From: Paragordius varius
Lineage: Eukaryota; Animalia; Nematomorpha
Assembly (NCBI GenBank): GCA_964247055.1
Contig: OZ176053.1
Coordinates: 9,672,001-9,736,000, forward strand
Direction of reading: 5' to 3'
Length of the DNA: 64,000 nt
The notes beneath the pieces are model-generated. The model saw only the letters and a program-made list of their open reading frames with translations. It was not told the DNA's origin and searched no databases. Shown piece by piece: positions 25,755-38,100 of this stretch. The position numbers were made by a program, and so were the translations under genes. Position 1 is the first letter of the stretch. Each line of letters opens with the position of its first letter.

Positions 25755-27683
25755 CTAAAATGTATATTTTTATATTAACCTCTTACAATGGTATAATTAA
25801 TTTAGCTTTTATGAAATAATAATACACTACAATAAAGTTATACAAATATTAATTTGCTCTCATGCAAAAATTAACGAGACATCGGATGAAAATATTCCAT
25901 TTTTATTTAGCCTATATATCTATGTAGATTATATTACGGTTTGAATTAAAATTTTAATTCATAAAGAGTGTCAGCCTTTTTATATTAAGAAATAAAATGA
26001 TTAAAAACACGGTCGACTAGGGCTTATTATGTATCTTGAAAATGTGTTTCTTAGCTACAAATTAAAAACAAATTTTAACTAAATTATATCATTTAAGAAT
26101 TAAAGAAGTTTGAACTATTAGATTAACATTAAATGAAAAGTTGGGGCAATTGATTTTTGAAGTTTCTAAAATTAGTGATTTATCCAAATTTATGCGCTGT
26201 TGGGGCAGATTCCTTAGAATCTATAGATTGCTTTTTGACAAAGTTTACTTTTGTTACAACAGTGCTTTGTTCCAAAGTTACAAGATTATTTATATATATC
26301 AAACGTTACTTCGGATGACAAAAGTTTTGGCTATGGCTTTGACCTTTTCTACGTGGTCAATTGTTTCTAATAATAATTATGTAATATATATGGATTTATT
26401 TAGATAAAAAACTGTACCGAGTGTTTTTTGTTTTTTGAAAAAGTTTTAAGAACAGGGAATCGTATAAATATTCATAATCTAACTCTAAATAAATTCAATT
26501 TGATTAGGATTTATTTTACTATAATTTCATGTCGCGTTAAAAATAATTATTGCAATATGTATGAATAATATTGTTAAAAAATTAGGAGAAGTTAATTTTA
26601 TTGGGGTCGTTGGAAACTTTAGGCCTTTCGATATAAAATATTCAAAAAATATGGAAGGAATTATAACCAAGGCAAAAGTTTGCCCTTATATAACATTAAT
26701 GAACCGAGATATAAATTTAAATTACTTAAGAATATTTATTTTAAGGTACCAAAGGTTGGTCAACATGACATGTGTGCATTAGCTAAATATAAAAATAATA
26801 CATAATAAACCACTTATGTTTCTATCAATGCTGTAATTTAAATAAAAATAACTTTAGCATTAAAATTAAATAAACACGTATTTGCAATTTTATAATAAAA
26901 ATGGCGTCGAAATAGTTTATTTAGAAACTTTTTAATAACTAAAATTTGGATATTTCGGCTTATTTAAGTAATTTTTATTGGGATAGAACGATAAATATAA
27001 ATCGGACTGTTTCTTTTAGTAGTTTTAAAAAATATCAACCTAAATATATTCTGGGGTATTTAGGTACCTTAATTTGAATCAAAGTGTAAATTAAAATTTT
27101 TCTAAAATAATAACACAGTTTTAGTGAATTCGTATTTTTTTAAAAACTCTATGTTAAAGGGGTCGAAGATGAACACGTTAGTTTATCTAAATAAGTGGGC
27201 TGGATACTATGATCGTACTTTTTTATAAATAAATAATTATTATTACTGAATTTAAATAAGCATATACGTTTTCCAGGATCGTTCAGAATTAATATTATGT
27301 ATGCTTATTAGTTTTATAAAACTACAGTTTTATATTTGAAAATAAAAAAATATTTGCTAGCAAATGTTTCGGATGAAACTTTCACAAATTCATTTGATAG
27401 AGGCTAAAATAAATTATACTTTTTCATTTGTTCCAAATCAATATACACTCTTTGTAATTAGCATTTTAGAGTTTTAAACTTCATAAATATCTGTCAGCAA
27501 AATGTTTACAAAAAAATTAACTTATCTATTCGGGAGAACTAATCAAAAATTGGAATGTTGACAATAAAAAAACATTGCAAATTACCTTGTAAATTGGGAA
27601 ACTTCTTTGTTTTATTGAATTGAACGGTTTTTGACTTTTGAGGAAGCGCGGCAAACATTTTATATAGTATGGCTTAATGTAAA

Positions 27684-27685
<2 letters not shown>

Positions 27686-27730
<45 letters not shown>
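27686..27730. repeat. (TA)n microsatellite; others at ~12115-12155, 14171-14188, 23073-23101 and 24801-24832
   Basis: Direct reading of the sequence. Confidence 0.95.
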
Positions 27731-27732
<2 letters not shown>

Positions 27733-28300
27733 TAAGGATTTTTTAAAATCCTTAGAAATTTCATGCAAATGATATAATGATAAAAATAAATATAAGGATA
27801 TATTAATTTTTAATATATATGATTCTGATCAGCAGTACTCATATCACGGCCCTCATCGATTTAATGTCGCATAGCAGATACGTAATAATAATTTTCAAAG
27901 ATCAAAATTATAATCAAATATATTTAATGTGAGTATATGTGCTAGAGGTCTGCCTCAATGCGAGTTATAATAGGATATTTAAATTAATGTAATCAAATAA
28001 ACGGTTTAAAATTTATCATCATTTCTATATAATACTTGAATCATATAATGTTTCACAATGAAATTATAACATTTTTTAAGATGATTCGAGCTGGCAAAAT
28101 TTATAACTTGATATAAAAAAATGATTTATAAACCAGGAATCTTATTATTACAATAAAGCGAATGGGAACAAACCTAGATATACTTCAAACTTTTTAAGAA
28201 TATTGAGGATTTTATATTTTTTGAGATTTCAGGAACTATCCCAGTTCCTTGCTAATTATGGTTGTATCGGTTTTGGGTTTATCAAACAAATTGGATAATA

Positions 28301-30249
28301 TCATGCCCCGGGCGCCGTTACTTAGGGCGCCTAAATGCTTTTTTATTTAAATTTAAAGTACGCAATAAGCATTTCACTTAATATCTAAATATAAAAAATC
28401 ACATAAATGCGTTCAAGAGCAAACATTATGCAAAAAACAACCTTCATGTAGATATTCCTTTTAACATGTGCAAACTTATTTTTTCGCTTAAAAAACGTTT
28501 CTTTATCGCGCACATAAAAACTTCTCTCTCTGTTCAAAACCTTATCCCTTATTTTTACAAGTTATAATTGCATTTTTATTTTAATCATATTCAATTTCAA
28601 CCCAATTTTATTTATTTAACAAGATCATCCCATCTCTAACAGGGTAGGTTATTATTATTATTATTATTATTATAGCCTTTTTTTATAATTGCATCCATTT
28701 TCATCAGATAACAATGCCTAAACTCAGCGGTTAAGCAAATAAGAAACGAAAAATCCATGGAGCTGAAGAGAATAAAACAAATAAAATGCGAATGAGTGCG
28801 AAACCCTATTTGACGAAAATATCCGACGATAGCATTGAAAAAAGTGTATGCGACACAAACATCACGGAACCCCTTAATAATATTAACTTAAATACAGCTG
28901 AAACCCTAGTTATTGATCCAATAAATAGAGATCATAAAACTACAAATAAATAGTAATCCCAAGCGTACCTATAGTGTTTAATAATGTCGCCTTTTAAAAA
29001 TTTACTATTAATAATGTTCCCGTAATATCTAATCAACCTCGCACAGAAATAATTCGTGAATCTCATGGATTTTAAAATAAATGCAATCTCTTTGGAATAA
29101 AAAGTCATTGTTCAATGCCCCAATCTTAATTTTTTGACGTGTTGGTAAAAAAAGAAGGATTTTAAGTTGAGAGTTGGCCTTTTCACCGAAGAACAGATCT
29201 GTGTATTGTTTTGTTTCCTACTTTTTGATCGATCTAATTCTTTACCATCATCCTTTATAACTACACATGGTTTAAATAAATTGAGGAAAAAAGATAAATT
29301 AATCGATCATGAAAATATAGCCTCAATCATCCGAAAGCATTTACTATGGAAAGAGGCAGAAAAAAAATTGATAAACAGCAATTGATTCTGCTCTAGAAGC
29401 TCACATATAATCGGAAAAGGATCGGTGGCGAAATATTTTACATCGAATATTGGCCTGCATGAAATTTCTAATCACCCCAAACCTTCCTTTTCGAGGACAT
29501 GGAAAGTTTAATGTATCTAGATTCAGCACCAAATCCTGGAAACCTCTTATCTTTACTTAAACTTGTAGTTCAGTGTGACCCAATAATGGGAGAACACATG
29601 AGAGACATTGAATCTCCTAACATTTTATCCTATGTTTCACCCAAAATCAAAACGAGTTGAGACATCTTTTAGTTTGAGCTACTTAATTGATCGATGAACT
29701 AAAAAGAGTAAATGTTATAAACTTATATTTCATTGAAGGCCAGATATAGCCCACAGAGAACCAATTTCTCAAGTTGTTAGGTATGTGTTTTCAGATTATA
29801 AGAAAGTTGTCATAAAAGAATTCTTGGGTTTTTTTCAGTTATTCAACAAAGATGCAATGTCAATTGAAAAGATAATTTTAGAAAATCTAAATATGGATAA
29901 AATTCAGTTATCAAATCGTAGATCCCAATGCTATGCAGCTATGATGTCGGATCACATTTCAGTTTAACAAACAATTCTGGAAAAAAATAAAAGAGCAATA
30001 ATATTTGTCAACTGTGACAATCATTCCTTGAATTTAGTAGAAGTTACGGTAGCAAAACATTATGGTTTTGTTGTGACCAGTTTCGGAATAATTGAAAATA
30101 TCTATCTTTTTTGTTCAACTTGGGACCTAGTTGCAACGTTTGTATTTTTTTATTAAATTGTTTTATTTTCTTTCAAAAAGAGGAGACGGAAGGGTGCGCG
30201 CCATAAGAGTTTAATGCCCCGGGCGCTGCAAATGCTCGGTACGTCACTG
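28301..30249 (+). mobile_element. Defective hAT transposon with DUF4371/ZMYM1-type transposase remnants (~29040-30130)
   Basis: Frameshifted fragments: HLLWKEAEK, NPGN.LSLLKLVVQCDPIMGEHM, LSYVSPKI, KEFLGFFQL, SQCYAAMMSDHISV, IFVNCDNHSLNLV. Right TIR ctcggtacgtcactg (CAGTG-type end). gccccgggcgc sub-terminal motifs at both ends. Left TIR missing. Confidence 0.85.
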
Positions 30250-30713
30250 CTTCCAGGTTCTTAAACACTTCAAGTTGTTCCTTCAACTGTCTCTCTAGTA
30301 TGTTTTGAACTTTATCAATTAAACCATTTATTTATCTTTTTTATCTAAACTTTTAATATAATATCAACCTTTTTATTCAAAACCGTATATCTTCATAAAT
30401 TTATGGAAAAAAAATAGAATTTCTAGTAATTGAAACATTAAGTTTCCTGGGATATTTATTATAATTTTTAAATTATAAGTCAATAATTTTGTTGATTTGG
30501 AAAAAATTTTTGTATTAAAAAAAATAAATAAATATATAATAAATAAAAATTAAGTTATACTTGGAAAAATTATGGTTAAATACAACTAAAAAAATAAAAG
30601 TTGTTCATGGACCAACTTGAAGTGTTGAAGGACACTCTTGAAGTACTTAATAAGAATTTTATGAAAGTTTTTACCGTAAAGACTCCATTTAAACTCTTTA
30701 TTTATTATCGGTC

Positions 30714-32152
30714 TGTTATGCAAATCTGAAAGATATACTTTATTTTTATATCATAATTTTCTGTTACATGCAAATGTGAAGTACATACCTTGGTTATATA
30801 TCATAACTTTCACCCTTATTTGAATTATATTATTTTTTATATTTTTTGTGTTATATGTAAATATAGAACCTTTGTTACTTGAAATTTTATTGATATAATG
30901 CAAATCATGGACAATCAAAATTGCTATAATACACCCTAAAAAAACAAATAAATGCAATTCATTTCACATTTCTTATATTATCTCTTTATCTTAAAAGATA
31001 ACAACTGGTGGCAATTCGAGTATCGAACTAATCTAACAACTAATCTAACACAACAGTGGAACCTCCGGGTTCCAAACTCGGATGGGGAGTTAGAGTCCAA
31101 AGTTCCACAACCATGACAATGTCAATTGCTAATATTACCAGCATGTCCAGTAAAAAATTTAATGATAATACCAATTAGAACAATGGTAATAATTTTTCGA
31201 TCACAACAATCAACCTCTGACACATTCGCGCAAGGGTTATGGGAGTGTTCATGGGCCAAACAAATGCCCCGCCTGGAACCGCAATTGCAAATGCGGAAAA
31301 CCCAACCACTTCGCTAATGTAGATCAAACTGCCAAAAAAATGTTCAACCGCCATTGCACTGAAAGCGAACGGGCTAATAATCTATAGAAACTTTGAAATC
31401 ATTATCAACAAATGGCTGGGGAGGACTCCCACATCATTCAACAATTGATGGATGGGTAAGTAAGATTGGCGCGGACAAACTTGTGATAAGATTGATCGGT
31501 AAGACGCCTACCTCCCCAGGCCGAGTTAAAGCTACACCTCGACGATTTCAACAATAAGAGGATGTGTCAGTTACAAAAGGACACTGTTTAGATTCGTTAC
31601 AGCGCCCATAGTATATCAGTACGCCTGGACCAGTTTCAAAGGAATGGTCTAGGGTGGCAGGCAGAGATTAAATGAAACACGTCGACACACATAACATAGA
31701 ATGTTATCTTTCAAACTAAGATTCGTCGACACACCCACGACACCGGTCACTCAAACAATAGTAATGATAATGATCACGACAATAACACTAATATTAATGG
31801 TAACATTATTAATAATAATAACATAATAGCAATAATGACAATATCAATGAAAATCCGCACGAGCGTCGTTACCCCGAGAGAATTCGGCGGAAGCCGGTCG
31901 GGTTCTCTTAAGGGGGAAGTGATGTTATGCAAATCTGAAAGATATACTTTATTTTTATATCATAATTTTCTGTTACATGCAAATGTGAAGTACATACCTT
32001 GGTTATATATCATAACTTTCACCCTTATTTGAATTGTATTATTTTCTATATTTTTTGTACAACTAAATTTACTATACAAACCCTAAAAAAACCAAATAAT
32101 AAATTCAGTTCATTTCACATTTCTTTTCTTATCTCATCTTTAAAAGATAACA
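30714..32152 (+). mobile_element. Internally deleted Gypsy-type LTR retrotransposon, 1439 bp
   Basis: LTRs 30714-31003 and 31923-32152 (TGTTA...TAACA). 5-bp TSD CGGTC, with the empty site at ~3658-3662. PBS-like TGGTGGCA at 31006. PPT aagggggaagtga. Gag knuckle remnant HGPNKCPAWNRNCKCGKPNHFAN, RT-like RFVTAP..FQR and pol tail RRYPERIRRKP. Confidence 0.93.
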
Positions 32153-32274
32153 CGGTCAAAAACCCAACCTAGAGAAAACGCAAATTTTGGTGAGTTGCGC
32201 TGTTTTATTGTATTGCTAACTTATTTTTACGTTGAACCCTTGATATATATGGTTGTATTCATGAAATTACTTAC

Positions 32275-32460
32275 TCTCTGAATCAACCAACATTGGAGTG
32301 AATTTTAACATAAGGCGAACATGGTTATAAAGGTTTTCGCGCCAATTTTTTTTGAAGGCAATTCCTGGATCAGACCACACTATAGCATAATTTTTAGCTT
32401 CGAAAGATCCATAAGAAAATGAATATATATCTACTGGACTTCGTTGTACGATATCAGTTC
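32275..32460 (-). CDS. Paralogous 186-bp coding exon (copy B)
   Basis: Intact splice sites and open frame GTDIVQRSPVDIYSFSYGSFEAKNYAIVWSDPGIAFKKNWRENLYNHVRLMLKFTPMLVDSE. The gene context is unclear and it may be a pseudogenic partial duplicate. Confidence 0.5.
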
Positions 32461-33215
32461 CTAAACACACATATTATACAATAATCGAATTTATTTGATG
32501 AAATAGCATTAATATTGTTTAAATAATTTGGATATTTATAAAAAAAGGTAGAAAATATGAAAAATGTTAACTAGATAAACCAACTTTCTTTTGAAGTTTT
32601 GAAGCAAAAGCTCAATTGTAAATTTTGTCAGTTGTTTTATAAGATGTTCATTTATCCCAAATAATATTATATTCTTTTTAAAGAAGCTAGAGTATAAAAA
32701 ATCAATCGTAATTTTTATTATCGTTTATATGTTACACTGAATATTATTTTTAAACATAAATCTTTTTATATCCCATTAAAAATAATATGTTTTGACAAAA
32801 AGCAATTCGATCATAAAAAGATAAAAAAGGAACCACTTTATAAAAATCGGTTAAAATTAGAGTAAAGTTTGAATGATTTTAACCTTATTATCATTCTATA
32901 TAAACTATTGAATTGATTTTATTTATAAAAAAATATTTTGGTTATTTTAAAATTTTTTATAAAATTCATTAAAGTTTAATTATTTTAAATTTCAAACGAT
33001 GTTGCTCTGACTATCTTGTTTCACTATTTTAAAAAAATATCAATATATTTATCCAAAAAATGCACCATAAAATACAGGAATTGGTTCAGGCCAAATTTGG
33101 AACAATTTCTAAAAATCAATTATATTTTTTAGAGAAAAGTAGCACACTATAAATAATTTAGGAAAAAACCATGTTATGTACAAAAAAACTTATAATTAAA
33201 ACTATTTAGTCTAAA

Positions 33216-33705
33216 TTGAGTGGGTAACGACGAGAGTTTGTAATGTAATGAAGTTAGAATCGTCGTAAAATAACGCAAAATTAAAAATATAATTTATTAA
33301 TTCTCAAATTTTCGCCATAGGCATCATCAGGAGATTAGTTAAGAAAAATATATATAATATAAGAAAATAAAAATTAAATTAAAAAAATGAATAAAATCAT
33401 GGTTGATATTACTTATATAGGAAAAAAAAATCACAAAATAACCGTTAGTGGACAAAGGAAAGAAAGATCACAAAGAAAACCGTTGTGATGTAAAAAACCA
33501 AATGTGTATTTTTTTTTCACAAAAATTAATTGTAATGCTATAAATAAAATAATAATTTAACATGAAACAATGTAAGCGTAAAATTATTAAAATTTAAGTA
33601 ATATCTACACTATAAAATGGTTTGTCATTAAAAATTCGATAATTTTTTATAAATGATTTAGTTTCAGAATTTATAGCTTTCCTTTCTTCACGGCGATTAA
33701 GCAAA
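33216..33705. mobile_element. 490-bp unclassified insertion with 6-bp direct repeat TCTAAA
   Basis: Absent from copy A (~4678). tctaaa flanks both sides (33210-33215 and 33706-33711). No clear TIRs. Confidence 0.65.
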
Positions 33706-34330
33706 TCTAAAACCTTAATTTTAGAGATATATGGAACCAAAAACTATTCCAGTCTCATTCTCTAGTGGAATGAAATATTTTTACATTATAAAATGAATGA
33801 TTTAAAAATATCCTACCTTTTACCAAACATATTAAGAATAGAGCGAACAAATAATACATGATTGCTAGGAAGTAGAATAATTAAATTTAAAAAAATGTTA
33901 CGAATTTATACCCTAATTTGTTTAATTTACATTTAATTAAAGAGACACATACACTTCATTGTTATATAATATATTAAAGTAGCATTATTTGGTGTGAATT
34001 TCATGTTGATACTGCAATCCATAATAGATTAATTCTCTAAGAGGTGTGCGTGTGTAAATTTTAAATTAAGGTTATTTAATCATTAAATATTTAAATAACC
34101 AAAGGACCATGCTCCTAAATGTAAAAACGGGTTCGGAAAATTTCGACCCATATTAATTTTAACAAGGTTATTGACATAAAAATTAAATAAGGTGATACTT
34201 TATTGACAGTAATTAATATAATGCAACACATTTGTATGCATTTTAATGGGTCGGTCGTTTGTGTTATGTTGACATAGATACTGATGAAATATACATTATA
34301 TGCCGTAATATGTATAGACAGCTATTTATA

Positions 34331-35000
34331 GAGAGGGTGATACGTGTTTTAACGACTTTGAACTAAAATCTAATTTCACCCTGCCTCCACTTAGAGAGTA
34401 ATGTAGGCTCCAAATATTGTAGACCCGATAAAAGTAAAAAATTAATTTCATGATCATCATCATCTATATTTCGCCATTGGTACACCCGTTAAAAAAATTT
34501 CCAAACTTTTCATGATCTGACTAATTCTAGATTTAAATTAAATTTTTGGCCTTAAGTTATTGTATTGAGACATGTGGTATGGGGTCTATAAGATTTGGCT
34601 GGTAGTTATATCGAATAATCTTTCATAGATATGCGCATCTTCCAGTCTTTAAGCATCCAGCCCATTGTAAGAGATTCCGGATGACGTTGTTGACGGGTTG
34701 AGATTAAGAGTATGGTGCGGGTTTATGGGTTCGGTATAGTTAAATGTAATTGTGTGCAAATAATATTGTTTTCAGTAATTTAGATTCATCGTTTATAAGT
34801 TTGGATTCGTTTGTTTTTGACATTGGGCAGATTCGGATTTCGAAACAATTTATTACCACCGATACTAGAATTTTACAAGTGAGACAAAATTTAACATAGG
34901 TTTGTTTATAATTCCATTAAATTATATAAAATAATAGCAAATTCTTCGACGCTTATACGAATTCTGTATATACGCAAGGAGTTGCAAATCTACGATTTAA
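34331..35000 (-). mobile_element. Possible degenerate non-LTR (CR1/L2-like) 3' remnant at the duplication breakpoint
   Basis: Stop-riddled minus-strand fragments (INKPMLNF..., ESAQ, KRIQTYKR, FF.NRV) loosely resemble the C-terminus of LINE ORF2. Weak similarity judged by eye. Confidence 0.3.
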
Positions 35001-35186
35001 AATTAAAATATTAAAAACATATTAAACATGATTTATTCTCAAATAGTAGAAGCTAACATCTATATATAATTTTATTTTCAATAGATATATAGAATGATCA
35101 AAGATAATATATTATTGCATTGTTTTAATTTTTTAATGTTATATATTTGAAAGAGATCCGGATAATTGAGCAGGATTGAGTATTGT

Positions 35187-38100
35187 CTATTCACTTTGAA
35201 TTGGTTCATGTTTTGGATATTTTTTCCTAATTTTCTTTGGCGGTGGTACAACTGCATTCAACTAAAGTAATCATAATTTCATTAATGTAATAAATTAGGG
35301 AAAGTGTAAATGTATACAGTATGATATTAATGGTTGCTTATTTCACACCATAGTTGGTCAACTTGCAACACAATAGTGTATGAAAAAAACAAAAAAATGT
35401 TTAATAAACAATTTTGTCCTTTACATTACTTTGTGTATTTTATTCAATATTTTGTTGTTTTTTTCTATACAGTTCTGTGTTGCAAATTGCCCAGCTATAG
35501 TGTGAAATAAGCAACCATAAAAATGCATACTGTACATGAATATATGCATACCGTAAAATGATTATCTATATTATGCAAAGCTTTTTTGAGCACATGATCA
35601 TTTGCACTAAATACCGGCTTAATATCTTCTCTTAACACAATATCATCCAAGTCTATATCATTTTTCTAGTATATTTTCAAATAAGAATAAGTATAATCAT
35701 TAAAATATACATGAAAAGAATTTTAAATTTAATTCGATATAAACTTTTTGGTGGTGACTAGTTGTCTTCAAATAGGATATTGCTCTTTGACTTAAGGCAT
35801 TTATCAGGCGATTAAAATATGGGTTAGCGGTATATTTTGGTTTCAATTTTTCATTTTGTTCCGCCGAAATTTCTGTAGCCAAGTCATGTTTAACATCTTC
35901 CAATTGACTCACTTCTGGCCTGAAGAGATATCATACAATATATTAGGATGAAAATCAGTTGGAACAACCCCGTTTCATCGTATTAAATATACATTTCTCA
36001 TTTAAATTTATTTATGCAGTAAAAACTGAAAATAATAACTCTAATTTTAAAAAAAGGTGTAAAAATATGAATACATACATTAAATCCATTGCATCGATTA
36101 AATCATCTATCGCTTGTAATTGTTCAGGAGTCTCCAATTGTCGCGGTATTTCGTGGGCCGTTGTATCTTTCCCAAAATAGGTGTTTCGACCCGAACGATA
36201 CAAATTTGGGAAACGATAGAAACGAATGTCTTCGAGAAAAGGAAGAACATTCAATATTAGGCACTAATAACAGGTATATATTGGTGACTTTACGATAAAA
36301 CTTATAGAAATTTGGTTAAAAATTATATAAGAAGCCTTGACTTAAGAAGATAAGACATTTGGATTATAAAGTTAACCATATATAACAATTATAATTTTTA
36401 TAAAGCATAGTTTATGAGAAAATGGCAAACTTCTAGCACATAATCTAACAAACCTACCAATATAAGATGACAAACAAGAAAGATTTAAAAATATGATTGT
36501 AAAAATTTGACATTAGTTTACTGTGCCTAAAATTTATACATATTTAAGGATTAGCTTTTCAAAATTTTTATCTATAACTATCGATTTAAAAACAAAATAT
36601 AGAAAAACAAACCCGATAATTGAATTTAACCCGGGGTCTAAGACAAACAATCTTAGGTTGATTGGCTTGAGCTCCCCTTGTTGTGGAAATGTAACGTGCT
36701 ATACCAACCATATCTAATTCATACATGCCATAAACTAAGGCTTCAAATGCACGAGCCAAAGATAGTGCATCTATATTTAAAAAACGAAATGGTTCGATTG
36801 TTTATATAATGCTAAAACGTATTGTAAGAATTCAAAAAAAATGCAAAGCATTTAAAACAAAAACACATTGTTTCAACTAAATTATTTCGTAATATGGTCA
36901 AAATTATTTTATGCAATACAAAAGAAAATATATTTTCTTTTTAACAAATGACTACGCTAGTATAATATTACCATTTTCATCGTCAATATCATCCATTTCC
37001 TCATCGCTTTTCTTCCTTTTACCTGTGGTTGATTTCTTCTTTTTCTTTAAAGTTTTATCGTCCCAAAAGAATTCAATACATCCATCTCCTAAAAATTTGT
37101 TTGGATGGATCTAATTATATATATATAATTTAATTGTTATTATATAACATATGCATTAAGCCAACACTTGAAACATAATAGTATTTATTAAAACTATTTT
37201 GTGAGAGGCGTGATTATGTCAGAATCACAAAATCGCATAATTTTAAAACAGTGTCCACCCAAGGCAGGTGAGTGTAAAAGATTTTAATAAACAATAGAAT
37301 TTTCTCTGATGAAATAGATTCTAAACTGTAGGCAGATAGATTAATAGAGTAAAAACCGTGGCAACAAAAATTTAGGGGATATGAAACATCTTTATATTAT
37401 AGAATTTTTTGATAGTACATAAAACCCAATAATATTAAACAAATGAAATAATTATGCTGTTTTTATTTGAATGTACAGAATTTTTTTATTTAATTACATA
37501 AGTTTTATCATTTAAATGCCATAGAAAATTTTCAATATAGTACACAGAGAGTTTTGGTAAAACCGAAAACACCATTAACTAAATTTACGTGCTAACAGAT
37601 CTTTAAATTCTAAACCCTTCAAATCAAGGCAAACAAATAAACTTTTGGAGCGTAAAAAACTTTGTTGATACAGGATTGTGATAATTATTTGGCAGTAATA
37701 CTAAATTATTTATGTCAAAAACATTTTGAGATGTGCCACAAAATTAAAAAATACATTTTCCGATTTTGTGAATCCAATAATAATTAGGCCTTTTTCTCGA
37801 CTCCCTTCCGTATCTTGATTCGTTGGTTCCAAATTTTGGGCTGCCAGCTCGTCCTCTTTCGAAAAGGGTACTAGCGTATTCCCATACTTATATGCTAAAA
37901 AAAGTCAATAAATATATATAAAAATTTATCTTTACCAAAATCAACTTTAAAGTCCAATCCAATCTTAAATGAAACATAATTTGGTATGAGAGTTTTACAA
38001 AAGGATCCTACTTTTTTAGCCACACCAATTAATTTGCATAATGTAAAATTAACCTTTTACGTAATCTGGTTTGAATTTAAGATCAGTATATTCATATTCT

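Larger units (their letters stand above)
27390..34330. repeat. Segmental duplication copy B
   Basis: See copy A. Interrupted by B-specific insertions at 28301-30249, 30714-32152 and 33216-33705. Confidence 0.92.

Noticed and set aside
26141-26782. Plus-strand ORFs 26141-26407 and 26561-26782 as genes
   Set aside because: No recognisable features. The splice signals point instead to unresolved minus-strand exons, which I could not chain in frame.
31004-31030. tRNA gene fragment (reverse complement GTTCGA...GCCACCA)
   Set aside because: It is the primer-binding site of the LTR element; there is no cloverleaf.
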